A stretch of 50,257 nt of DNA, taken from Candidatus Bathyarchaeia archaeon. GTDB lineage: Archaea > Thermoproteota > Bathyarchaeia > Bathyarchaeales > Bathycorpusculaceae. The first letter of the stretch is position 1; every line of letters begins with the position of its first letter. The position numbers and the translations under genes were made by a program. The stretch spans positions 1 to 50,257 of the forward strand of contig JBEKXL010000017.1 in assembly GCA_049512075.1 (NCBI GenBank). Reading direction: 5' to 3'. The notes under the pieces were generated by a model. It was not told the origin of the DNA. It ran no database searches and was given only the letters and a program-made list of their open reading frames with translations. Shown here in pieces: positions 39,287 through 48,284 of the stretch.

Positions 39287-40720
39287 GTGAAAAGTTTGGG
39301 TGCCTTTACAAGAGCAATAAGGAACATTTCAAGAAGGAAGATAAGGGCATTGTTAGTAATCGTTGCCTTGAGTTTTTCCTTGGCAATAATGATATCTATT
39401 CCTGCCGGCGTGATTGCAAACCAAGAATCCACGCAGAACTTGACACGGAATTTAAACAGCACCATCATCGAGACGGAACAGCAAATCAACCAGAGTACTA
39501 CGCTGATAGAATGCACAACGTCGACTGGAAGCATGTTTTCCGGTCCGCCCTCAGACATGTCTGGCTTCCCCTCATCAGGCATGAACCGATCCGGCTTCTC
39601 GTTTACACGAGAAGAATTCTACATGAATGAATCCGTTGTTGGCAACATTGGTTCCATTGCTGGTGTCAAAGACGTTGTTCCGTTCCTGGTGAAATCATCC
39701 TCGGAGACCACCCAGGAGACCATAACTACACCGATGGGAGATTTTACCATGTCTAGACCGCTCTACACGATTACGGGTGTCTGTCTGAATTCCTCGTTCA
39801 TCGACGAATACTCTGTACTACCCACAAACATAACAGCAGGGAGAAATCTACGCGAAGGAGACAGTGGCGTTCTTCTCATGAGTCTTAACCTCTCAAAGTA
39901 CTACGGAATTGGAGTGGGCAACGAAGTGGATGTCAATGGCACATCCTTCACGGTGGTAGGAATCTATGACCAGGCGGGTCAAAACTCTATGGAGACGAGG
40001 GGAGTGTACATGAATCTGACTGATGCTCAAACGATTACCAATGAAATAGGAAACGTGAGCAGGCTTGACCTGTATGCAGAGAATGTCTCCGTTGTGGACA
40101 CGATAAACACGCAGATACAGTCAATGTATTCAAATGAGATCAATGCACGTGAGATTTCTGTCAGTACGTACGCGGATCGCTTGGCAAACCTTCAGAGCCA
40201 ACAAACAAGATACACCGAGCTTCTGAACAACGCCGAATCAACCGTGGCCCAGACCCAATCGGTTGCAACCCAAGAGATCATCGTGGCACTCGCTGCAACG
40301 AGCCTCATCGTCCTGTTCGTGATGCTGTACACAGTGCGAGAAAGAACGAAGGAGATAGGAACACTCAAAGCGATAGGATTCAGCAACTGGAGCGTCATGA
40401 GCCAGTTCATGCTAGAAGGAGTAATTTTAAGTCTAGCGGCAGGCGTAGTAGGCATTGGCATAGCAACTGTTGGAGCCCCTATTCTATCAGGAGTTCTACT
40501 CCCAGCTGTAAACCCATTTGGTTCTCGAAGCACGGGCTTTCAAACAGGCGGCTTGGGTACAGTAGCGTCTCTCGGGTCATCAACTGCGTCAGCTGTTGTA
40601 ACCCCAACGATCATGTTACTTGCGCTTGGCGCGGCCGTGCTCCTAGGAGCCGTAGGAAGTCTGTACCCGGCTTGGAGAGCTTCAAGAACAAGACCTGCCG
40701 AGGCGATGAGGTATGAGTGA
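39287..40720 (+). CDS. ABC transporter permease, MacB/FtsX family
   Basis: RNISRRKIR, large extracytoplasmic domain, VRERTKEIGTLKAIG, YPAWRASR..PAEAMRYE. Confidence 0.95.
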   Translation: MKSLGAFTRAIRNISRRKIRALLVIVALSFSLAIMISIPAGVIANQESTQNLTRNLNSTIIETEQQINQSTTLIECTTSTGSMFSGPPSDMSGFPSSGMNRSGFSFTREEFYMNESVVGNIGSIAGVKDVVPFLVKSSSETTQETITTPMGDFTMSRPLYTITGVCLNSSFIDEYSVLPTNITAGRNLREGDSGVLLMSLNLSKYYGIGVGNEVDVNGTSFTVVGIYDQAGQNSMETRGVYMNLTDAQTITNEIGNVSRLDLYAENVSVVDTINTQIQSMYSNEINAREISVSTYADRLANLQSQQTRYTELLNNAESTVAQTQSVATQEIIVALAATSLIVLFVMLYTVRERTKEIGTLKAIGFSNWSVMSQFMLEGVILSLAAGVVGIGIATVGAPILSGVLLPAVNPFGSRSTGFQTGGLGTVASLGSSTASAVVTPTIMLLALGAAVLLGAVGSLYPAWRASRTRPAEAMRYE

Positions 40721-41507
40721 AGCTGTTACTGAAGCTGTTCTGAAAACTGAAAAAGTTACCAAAGTCTACACGATGGGCAAGCGTGAAGTGCGAGCCTTGT
40801 CCGATCTCAATCTTCAGGTGAACAGGGGTGAGTTTGTCGCCATCATGGGCCCCTCTGGTTCAGGCAAGACCACGCTGCTAAACGTTCTGGGCTGCCTTGA
40901 CAAACCGACCGCTGGAAAAGTGGTTCTCGACGGCGTTGACGTCTCAAAACTGCCTGAAGGGGAACTTTACAAAATAAGAAGAAACAAGATTGGCTTCATC
41001 TTTCAGACCTTCAACCTCTTGCCATACCTGAGCGCCTGCGAAAACGTCGAGCTACCGATGGAAAACACAAAAAGACCCAAGAACGAGAGAAGGCAGAGAG
41101 CCCGCGAACTGTTGAAGCTCGTGGGGCTGTCTGGAAGAGAAGATCACAGGCCGCAAAAGCTGAGTGCTGGCGAACAGCAAAGAGTGGCCATCGCACGGGC
41201 CATGGCAAATGACCCGGCGATAATCCTGGCGGACGAACCTACCGGCAACTTGGACACGCAAAACAAGCACGAAGTTGTCAGACTCCTCGCGAACCTAAAC
41301 ATAAATCGAGGAACAACGATCGTGATAGTTTCGCACGACAGCCAGGTAGCTTCCCACACCGAGAGAATGCTCCTTTTGAAAGATGGAAGAATCGCCAAGG
41401 AGAAGCAGGGGCTTCATTTGGTAAAGAAGAAGCTCATGTGTCCCTACTGTGGAAGCAAGATTCAGCCTAACGATGAAAAATGCCCCAGTTGCAAGAAACG
41501 ACTGTAA
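40713..41507 (+). CDS. ABC transporter ATP-binding protein (LolD/MacB-like) with C-terminal zinc ribbon
   Basis: GPSGSGKT, LSAGEQQR, LADEPTGNLD; tail CPYC...CPSC. Confidence 0.95.
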   Translation: MSEAVTEAVLKTEKVTKVYTMGKREVRALSDLNLQVNRGEFVAIMGPSGSGKTTLLNVLGCLDKPTAGKVVLDGVDVSKLPEGELYKIRRNKIGFIFQTFNLLPYLSACENVELPMENTKRPKNERRQRARELLKLVGLSGREDHRPQKLSAGEQQRVAIARAMANDPAIILADEPTGNLDTQNKHEVVRLLANLNINRGTTIVIVSHDSQVASHTERMLLLKDGRIAKEKQGLHLVKKKLMCPYCGSKIQPNDEKCPSCKKRL

Positions 41508-41527
41508 ATGATGAAGGAGAAGTGTAA

Positions 41528-42790
41528 ATGGAATCACCCGCAAAACCAAAAACGCGCAGTTTACTCACGATTTTGATTGGAACAGCCGTCATATGTCTGC
41601 TTATAGGAGGAATACTGGGCTACGCGATAAGCAGTTTTAACACTTCAAGTCTGATCAGTGGTCTCCAAAGCAACGTGTCAACTCTTGAAAAACAGGTTTC
41701 AGATCTCCAGTCAACGAACAATTCAACCTCAGGAAACGTAACCTACGTAAACTCCACCTACGAAAACACCACCTACGTTCTAGGAGATAACGTCTCACTG
41801 CCCCAGTTATACGAACAGGTCAAGAACTCTGTGGTCGTGGTTCAAGGATTAATAGCGGTATATGGCTTTTTCGGGCAACTCGTAGGCTATGCAGAGGTGC
41901 AAGGATCAGGGTTTGTCTCTAACTTAACGGGACAGTTTGTGATCATCACTAACTACCACGTTGTTGACGGCGCAACCAACATCACCGTGACATTCATAGA
42001 CGGAAACACCTATGTAGCAAACGTTACCGGCTCAGATCCCTACGCAGATCTCGCGGTGCTCTCCACAAGCGCGCCACAGGATGCGTACAACCCACTTGCA
42101 ATTACAAGCTCATCGACGTTGCAAGTCGGCGACCCTGTGCTTGCACTTGGTAATCCTTACGGACTAGCCGGATCAGTGACTTCAGGAATTGTCAGCGCTC
42201 TAGGCAGAACGATTACCGAGAGCACGTCAGGCGGATATGACATAGCCGATTGCATACAGACGACGACGCCCATAAACGCCGGTAACTCGGGAGGACCCCT
42301 TCTGAACTACAAGGGCGAAGTCGTCGGGATAACTACCGCCATCGTTAGCAATTCACAGGGGCTGGGCTTCGCAATTCCTTCGAGTTCGATACTGCGAGAA
42401 ATCGAATCTTTGATCACAAACGGGTCATATAGCAACCATCCTTGGTTAGGAGCATCCGGAACGGACATGTCATTGGGTATTGCGCAGGCGATGAACACAA
42501 ACGTGACCTACGGTTGGCTAATCACTCAGATCACGAGTGGAGGACCAGCGGATAAGGCTGGCCTGCGTGCTGGCACGGCCCAAGTTCAAGTCTCTGGAAC
42601 ATCAGTGAGAGTTGGAGGCGATATCATAACGGCCATTAACGGCGCAAGAATCAGGAACACTGATGATCTCTTAGCTTACTTGGAAGAATATACTCTGCCA
42701 GGTCAGACAATCAGTGTGGCAGTGGTAAGAAGCAACGAGACTCTGACATTGTCGCTCGTGTTGGGAGCCCGACCGCTACCATCAGCGTAG
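41528..42790 (+). CDS. htrA: HtrA/DegP-family membrane-anchored serine protease with PDZ domain
   Basis: TNYHVV, DLAVL and GNSGGP catalytic triad; GGPADKAGL...GDII PDZ. Confidence 0.95.
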   Translation: MESPAKPKTRSLLTILIGTAVICLLIGGILGYAISSFNTSSLISGLQSNVSTLEKQVSDLQSTNNSTSGNVTYVNSTYENTTYVLGDNVSLPQLYEQVKNSVVVVQGLIAVYGFFGQLVGYAEVQGSGFVSNLTGQFVIITNYHVVDGATNITVTFIDGNTYVANVTGSDPYADLAVLSTSAPQDAYNPLAITSSSTLQVGDPVLALGNPYGLAGSVTSGIVSALGRTITESTSGGYDIADCIQTTTPINAGNSGGPLLNYKGEVVGITTAIVSNSQGLGFAIPSSSILREIESLITNGSYSNHPWLGASGTDMSLGIAQAMNTNVTYGWLITQITSGGPADKAGLRAGTAQVQVSGTSVRVGGDIITAINGARIRNTDDLLAYLEEYTLPGQTISVAVVRSNETLTLSLVLGARPLPSA

Positions 42791-42807
42791 CACGCTCTGA
42801 GCAGGCG

Positions 42808-42987
42808 ATGACAATGAACAATAGGTATGATAATAGTGCCTATTGTAGTCATTGCCAGCGTTGGATTTCTAAAAAAGCCGTGGTATCCAACAGCTCAGGC
42901 AATCAAATGTGCCCTTACTGTCACAGTCGAGTACGCGTAAAAAGACACCTGCATGACCTCGCTGGAAGGACCACGTCTAACGTTTGA
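42808..42987 (+). CDS. 59-aa zinc-finger microprotein (below the ORF-track cutoff)
   Basis: Manual translation MTMNNRYDNSAYCSHCQRWISKKAVVSNSSGNQMCPYCHSRVRVKRHLHDLAGRTTSNV; CxxC plus CPxC. Confidence 0.6.
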   Translation: MTMNNRYDNSAYCSHCQRWISKKAVVSNSSGNQMCPYCHSRVRVKRHLHDLAGRTTSNV

Positions 42988-43358
42988 GAAAGTGGAGTAT
43001 TCAGAGATTAGCCACATACACAAACGTCATCTAGACCAGTGTACCGATCAGCAAGGAAGCAGGCGTGCACGCTGACTCTTGCCAGATAATCTTCACAAGC
43101 GACAATAAGGGTTTCAACGGTATTGGCCATGAGCGTGCTTTCAAGAAATAAACGAGGGTTTTCAGATCACGAGGCTTTCAATTGAGAGGTTGGAGGTTTA
43201 ACCTGAAAGCAGCTTTTGTTTTAAATCAGTCATTTGCTCAACGAACAGGCAAGAACTGGAATCAGTAGCTTAATGGTCTTTGAACGTGCCTACTTGAATT
43301 TCGACGGTGAAATTGTCTTCAGATTCTCTCTGTCTTGGCAAAGCGCTGGCATGTTTGG

Positions 43359-43402
43359 ATTAGGGATAGAGTTGGGTCTAATTCTGAAAAACGGTTTAAT
43401 AA
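43359..43402 (+). promoter_or_regulatory. Operator-BRE-TATA module, copy 3
   Basis: ATTAGGGATAGAGTTGGGTCTAATTCTGAAAAACGGTTTAATAA, 38 nt before ATG 43441. Confidence 0.8.
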
Positions 43403-43440
43403 GCGCGTGCTTTGCTGTTCGTGTGAGGCGATGTGAAAAA

Positions 43441-44016
43441 ATGAGGAAAACCTTGAAGATAGCTGCTGTAGCTGCGGTTGCGTTCTTAGCATTGGGCGCT
43501 GTAGTCTTCGCGTACGCGTTCTCGCAGAACGGCGCCACGGCCAATGCTAATGAGCAGACGGGCATGCAGAACATGCAGACCTTTTTCGAATCGGATAACG
43601 TTACTTGTCCATACAACGTTACGATGCCATGGGGTCATATGAGTCGCATGCCACAGATGCGGGCGAACGGTCTTCAGTGGATCGAAGGGCTATCGCAGAA
43701 CGCCACGCTTGCGAACGTTTCGGGGACAGTGGTCTCAGAAGTGAAGGGCATGCTAATCTTGGATACTAGCTCAGGCCAGGTCCGGGTTTTGCTCCCTAAA
43801 GACTGGACAATAGGCACTGAAGTCGTGGACAGGAATACCCTTTTCAACGGCACATTCGCGAGTTCAGGCCAGAGCGTGACGATTGAAGTCTTGGAGAGCA
43901 ACTTGTTCAGCAACACGAACTTCAGCATAAACGAAATGCTAGGCTACGAAGCAATCAACGCAACAAACGCGCAAGCATACGCGGTGCTACCCTTCAACAT
44001 ACAACCCAACAGCTAA
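43441..44016 (+). CDS. Secreted protein with possible OB-fold, hypothetical
   Basis: MRKTLK plus signal peptide; Met/Gln-rich linker; VSGTVV...LILDT...VRVLLP. The true start is 43441, not 43234, because the promoter lies between them. Confidence 0.8.
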   Translation: MRKTLKIAAVAAVAFLALGAVVFAYAFSQNGATANANEQTGMQNMQTFFESDNVTCPYNVTMPWGHMSRMPQMRANGLQWIEGLSQNATLANVSGTVVSEVKGMLILDTSSGQVRVLLPKDWTIGTEVVDRNTLFNGTFASSGQSVTIEVLESNLFSNTNFSINEMLGYEAINATNAQAYAVLPFNIQPNS

Positions 44017-44024
44017 ACACTCCC

Positions 44025-44036
44025 TTTCTTTTTTTT
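44025..44036 (+). terminator. T-tract terminator
   Basis: TTTCTTTTTTTT after stop 44016. Confidence 0.6.
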
Positions 44037-44202
44037 GAAACCTTTTCTGCTCGGAGAAAAGTTGCTTAACGAGCGTTTAGTTTCCCGTTTTCCTAGTTCA
44101 GCTTTCTCGAAAGCTTTTTTCAGATGCAGTCAGGCTCATGATATCCAAAGCCGTGATGTCTGAGCGTGTGAGGCTATGCCTCAGAGGAAACTCGTCAGTT
44201 GG

Positions 44203-44395
44203 TCGACCCCCTACTCTTCGTTTGTAAGGTCAGATGTAATCTGTAATTGTAATAAACCATGAAGAAAACAGGCGGGCTATCCTTCAAATCGACTCCCCTA
44301 CTCTTCGTTTGTAAGGTTAGATGTAATGTTGCATTGTAATGTTTTCACGGCCCCCGCCTCTCTTGCGGACATCAGATGTAAAATATGATTGTAAT
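44203..44395. repeat. Degenerate direct repeats: two 51-52 bp copies plus a third 25-bp core
   Basis: 44203-44253 matches 44289-44340; shared core RTYAGATGTAA-N6-ATTGTAAT at 44229, 44316 and 44371. Confidence 0.8.
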
Positions 44396-44604
44396 CAACG
44401 TATTCAGTACCGCGCACTCATTGGTAGCTTGCGAAGGGATGAGTTGAATAGCCTGCTTGTGGATTTGAAGAATTTGGGCAAGGACTTGGTTGAAAATGTA
44501 CAGTTGTATCCTGTTTGTGACACTTGTTTCAAGGGAAGAAGAGAGGTGGGCAAGCCAAAGAGGTACGAGTTGAAAGAAGAGAAGGATAAAGTGGCGTATT
44601 TTTG
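44396..44604 (+). pseudogene. cas2: CRISPR-associated Cas2, 5'-truncated
   Basis: QRIQYRALIGSL...ENVQLYPVCDTCFKGRREVG matches the Cas2 RIQYSxF.G and I.PLC..C pattern; the N-terminal YDI motif is absent. Confidence 0.75.
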
Positions 44605-44666
44605 GCGCGGGTGTATGGCAGAAGGTTTATGTATGCATTCGGCATCATTTGTATACGGTGATTGTG

Positions 44667-44987
44667 TTGACCCTTAAGCCACTGGCTGTTAGGATACCTG
44701 CGGAAGTAGAGAAGGAGTTGCTTGAGATTATTGAGCAGGAGAAGTTGGATAAGGCTACGGTTGTACGGAATTTGCTTGAGATGGGAATTGTGGAGTGGCG
44801 GAAGCAGACAGCTTTGGGTTTTTTGCGGGAGGGTAAGGTGACGTTTGCTAAGGCTGCGGAGATGGCGAAGCTTTCGTTGTGGGAATTTGCTGACTTGGTT
44901 AAGCAGCGAAACGTGGAATGGGTTAGGTTTACGCCTGAAGAACTTGAGAAGGAACTGGAGGAAGCGTCGGCGGCGAGGCATAAGTGA
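44667..44987 (+). CDS. UPF0175-family antitoxin (RHH + HTH)
   Basis: LAVRIP...DKATVVRNLL...GKVTFAKAAEMAKLSLWEF. Confidence 0.9.
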   Translation: MTLKPLAVRIPAEVEKELLEIIEQEKLDKATVVRNLLEMGIVEWRKQTALGFLREGKVTFAKAAEMAKLSLWEFADLVKQRNVEWVRFTPEELEKELEEASAARHK

Positions 44988-45496
44988 AGCCGCTTGTTTT
45001 CAATTCTACACCGCTGATATACTTGACCAAAGTAGGGCTGAGTGGGGTTTTTGAAGGTTTGAAAGCCGAGATGTTGACGCCGGCGAGTGTGAAGAGGGAA
45101 GTTGTGGATGCGGGAAAACGTAAAGGTGTTCCTGATGCGGGCATTTTGGGAAAATTGTTCGAAGATCACGTGTTTGAAGTTGTTGAGCCTAAGGATAAAG
45201 GGGTTTTGTCACGGTTGCTGGACACAAGGGGTCTTCATGTGACAGACGCGGAGGTTCTGACTCTTGCCAGAGAACGCAGAGGTTTGGCCGTGATAGACGA
45301 TGAGGTTGCAAGGAAGACTGCTAAGGTTTATGGGATAGCTTACGTGGGTACTCCGTATGTTTTGGTGAGGGCTGTTTCTGAGAGGCTAATCACGAAAGAA
45401 AGAGCTAAGCAGGCTGTGAACGAGATGATTTCTGCGGGTTGGCGGTGCAGCATTGAGAGTTATGCCAAGATTATGGAGGTTTTGGAGAAGGTTTAG
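44984..45496 (+). CDS. PIN-domain protein, DUF3368 family
   Basis: VFNSTPLIYL, DAEVL, IDDEVARKTA, GTPYVL; GTGA overlap with the antitoxin. Confidence 0.9.
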   Translation: MKPLVFNSTPLIYLTKVGLSGVFEGLKAEMLTPASVKREVVDAGKRKGVPDAGILGKLFEDHVFEVVEPKDKGVLSRLLDTRGLHVTDAEVLTLARERRGLAVIDDEVARKTAKVYGIAYVGTPYVLVRAVSERLITKERAKQAVNEMISAGWRCSIESYAKIMEVLEKV

Positions 45497-45629
45497 ACTT
45501 GAGTAAGCGCGCGCTAACAACCAAATAAGTCAAGTCTATCCTGAACGCAAACACAAATCCTATCTTAATGTTCAAATAGGAAATCTTTATACAGTAGTAC
45601 ATTCGTTTGTTATATGAGAGTGACTCTGG

Positions 45630-45857
45630 GTGCAGAACGTAGTGAAAGTAACCCGAAGAGGTCAAACCACCATTCCCGCAAAAATCAGACAAAAACTGGA
45701 CATAAAAGAAGGTGATGAGCTGCTCGTAGAAGCCACAGATCAAGGAGTATTTTTCAGGCCAATCCCCAGACTTGAAGACATGGCAGGCGTAGACGCAAAA
45801 TATGGAAAAGTAGAAGAAATCAAGAAGCACATAGACAAACTCCGCGAGGAATACTAG
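45630..45857 (+). CDS. AbrB/MazE/SpoVT-family antitoxin
   Basis: VKVTRRGQTTIPAKIRQKLDIKEGD. Confidence 0.92.
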   Translation: MQNVVKVTRRGQTTIPAKIRQKLDIKEGDELLVEATDQGVFFRPIPRLEDMAGVDAKYGKVEEIKKHIDKLREEY

Positions 45858-45858
45858 G

Positions 45859-46263
45859 CTGAAAGAAGTCTTAGACACAAGATTCTTCACTGAACACTTC
45901 TACTCCGATCAGGTACAGACAAAGCAGAAAACAGTAAGAAGACTGAGAGAACTGACAAGCAGAAACGAAGGAATATTGCCCACCATCGTCATCTCTGAAG
46001 TCATCCAAATAACCTGCGAAAAAAGAGGAAAAGAACTAGCAGAGACTCGCTACCATGCGCTCATGGAAAGCGGACTACAAATCCAAAACTTGACCCCAAC
46101 CATCGCCAAACAGGCCGGCCTCATCAAATGCCAACACAAAAACATCCCCATGGGCGACTGCATCATAGCCGCAACAGCCATAACCAGCCAAGCACGCATA
46201 CTCTCTGACGACCCACACTACGACACAATAAAAGAAACCAAATGCACATGGATCCAAACCTGA
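45859..46263 (+). CDS. VapC PIN-domain toxin (apparent CTG start)
   Basis: The frame of ORF 45976-46263 extends to CTG 45859: LKEVLDTRFF...ISEV...MGDCIIAATA...LSDDPHY. Confidence 0.85.
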   Translation: MKEVLDTRFFTEHFYSDQVQTKQKTVRRLRELTSRNEGILPTIVISEVIQITCEKRGKELAETRYHALMESGLQIQNLTPTIAKQAGLIKCQHKNIPMGDCIIAATAITSQARILSDDPHYDTIKETKCTWIQT

Positions 46264-46771
46264 CTCACAGGTTCTCATGAGACTTTTTCAGTTGAACGCC
46301 ATCCTTCTCATATGTAAGTCCCAGAAACTTGCACTCAATTCTGCTTTCATCACGCAGAAAAGACACAGCCTCAGGACCATTCGCTGAATAAATATCATCG
46401 CGCGCGAATGCAAAACTGAACTGTCAAGAGTCCTAAAGAATTAGCCCAATTTCTCAGTAACAGACATTGGAAAAAGAGGAACGAACGAACTCTACAGAAT
46501 CTCACATTTTTCCATTCTGTTCATGGTTCCAGGAGGTGTTCCAGAAAGTTCAAGACTATGCAGAAGAGATTCTGAGATCAGCCTGCCTTTTGATATTTGG
46601 TTTATAGCGAACTAAATCAGGCTGACCTGCCTCAGACGCTGACAGTAGCCAAGCCATCAGGATTTTCAGGAGAGCGAAACCAATATACCACAAAGGAACA
46701 ATATGACAACAAAGGTCTAAAACATCGTTAGCTCTGGAGAGCCCGAAAGAATTGAGTTAGGGGGGATAATT

Positions 46772-46860
46772 GCGGGGTTGCCCTAGCCTGGTAGGGGGCA
46801 GGCCTGCTAAGTCTGTGGTCAGCAATGGCCGCGTGGGTTCAAATCCCACACCCCGCGCCA
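46772..46860 (+). tRNA. tRNA-Ser(GCT)
   Basis: Acceptor GCGGGGT/ACCCCGC, anticodon arm CAGGC-CTGCTAA-GTCTG, long variable arm, T-arm GTGGG-TTCAAAT-CCCAC, discriminator G, encoded CCA. Confidence 0.95.
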
Positions 46861-46911
46861 ACTAAAACTTCAAATCGGGAATGCCCTTCTTCATGTTCTA
46901 AGGAGAGAACT

Positions 46912-48219
46912 TTGGGAATCTACCGCTACGAAAGGCGCCTCTGGCTGGCCATTGAAGGAAAAGAGGGAATCAAGAAATCAAGGCAGATCATTCCAGGGAA
47001 CAAGAGGAAGCTGCTCGATTATGCTGAATATCTCAAGGCCACCGGAAAGAGCCTTCCACGCCAGGACAAGTTGATGAGGACTCTGAAGATCTTCGCAACT
47101 CTGTTAGGGCCCATATCCTTCAAGGAAGCAACGAAAGAGAACATGGTTCAAGTATTGGCGAAGGCTGAAGACCGCTGGAAGTCTGAGCTATCCCAGAAAG
47201 GCAGGCCTGGACCAGCGTCTGACTACACGCGAAGAGATTTCCAGGAAATAATCAAACAATTCTATGCATGGCTCTTCGATGTTGAGGATCCCCGGCACGA
47301 GGGATATCCGAAACCTGTTAGCTGGATCCATTCCAAGGCTCCAAAACAGAAGCTTAAGGCTTCGGATCTCCTCACTCCTGCAGAAGTCAAGAAGCTCATC
47401 AGCGTCACGCCGGACATGCGACTCAAGGCGCTAATAGCCGTGTGCTACGACTGCGGCTTGAGAGTTGGTGAGGCTCTTCAGATGCATATAGGAGACGTGG
47501 ACCTCCAGGAACAGTATGCAACGTTGACCGTGAGCGGAAAAACAGGACCGCGCGTGGCCTATTCGATTGAATCATTGCCATTGTTGATGCAGTGGCTAGA
47601 TCAGCATCCGGACCGTAGCAATTCTGAAGCTTGGCTTTGGACGGATGACACGGAACCCTTGTCCTATGATAGGGCTCGTTTCAAGCTTCTAGAATGTAGG
47701 CGAAAGGCAAAGATACCCAAGAGAGTATTTTTCCATCTTTTCAGACACAGCTCGGCCACTTCTAACGCACAATTAGGCGAGTCCATGCTGCGCAGCATCT
47801 ACGGCTGGAGCAAAAACAGCGATGAACCGAGCACCTACGTCCATCTCTCCGGAGAGACAGTTAAGAAAGCCTTACTTGAGAAAGCCGGCCTGAAGCAGAA
47901 AGTCCAAGAGGAACCGGCAGTCATCATGTGCCCTCGCTGTGGAAACCCTAACCAACCAAATGCGAGTCTATGCGTAAAATGCAAGGGTGTTTTGAAGATC
48001 CAGGATGCTGTTTCGATGAATGGGCTACTGGAACAGATCACGAAATTGAATGAGAAAATTGAGAGAATGACTCCGGAATTCGCTCGACATGAAGAACTCT
48101 TCAAGATCCTCAGGGAAAAAGGTCTCGTCACGGAAATCGAGGACAAACCGACTTTAGGGTCTGGCCAACTCTACACACCTTTTCGAATTCGCAGAGAGAC
48201 TAAAGACGGACAGAAGTAA
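46912..48219 (+). CDS. Tyrosine integrase with C-terminal zinc ribbon
   Basis: GLRVGE, GKTG, HLFRHS, YGW, TYVHL catalytic motifs; CPRC...CVKC; TTG 46912 preceded by AGGAG. The frame is open back into the tRNA (46825). Confidence 0.93.
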   Translation: MGIYRYERRLWLAIEGKEGIKKSRQIIPGNKRKLLDYAEYLKATGKSLPRQDKLMRTLKIFATLLGPISFKEATKENMVQVLAKAEDRWKSELSQKGRPGPASDYTRRDFQEIIKQFYAWLFDVEDPRHEGYPKPVSWIHSKAPKQKLKASDLLTPAEVKKLISVTPDMRLKALIAVCYDCGLRVGEALQMHIGDVDLQEQYATLTVSGKTGPRVAYSIESLPLLMQWLDQHPDRSNSEAWLWTDDTEPLSYDRARFKLLECRRKAKIPKRVFFHLFRHSSATSNAQLGESMLRSIYGWSKNSDEPSTYVHLSGETVKKALLEKAGLKQKVQEEPAVIMCPRCGNPNQPNASLCVKCKGVLKIQDAVSMNGLLEQITKLNEKIERMTPEFARHEELFKILREKGLVTEIEDKPTLGSGQLYTPFRIRRETKDGQK

Positions 48220-48284
48220 GGTTTGTGCTTCAGTCAGGCTAGGCTAAACCCTCAAAAGTTGGCAACTCTCTCCTTGAGGCCTGC

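Noticed and set aside
43234-43440. N-terminal extension of ORF 43234-44016
   Set aside because: It contains the promoter module; the signal peptide begins at ATG 43441.
44175-44200. Minus-strand CTGACGAG suggesting a hammerhead ribozyme
   Set aside because: No properly placed stem II plus GAAA core follows.
44203-44395. Calling a bona fide CRISPR array
   Set aside because: Only three divergent units with uneven spacing and a partly duplicated spacer; kept as a repeat and a finding instead.
46772-46860. tRNA-Leu or suppressor identity suggested by the GCGGGG start and CTA in the loop
   Set aside because: The 7-nt loop CTGCTAA centres on GCT and the discriminator is G, indicating Ser.
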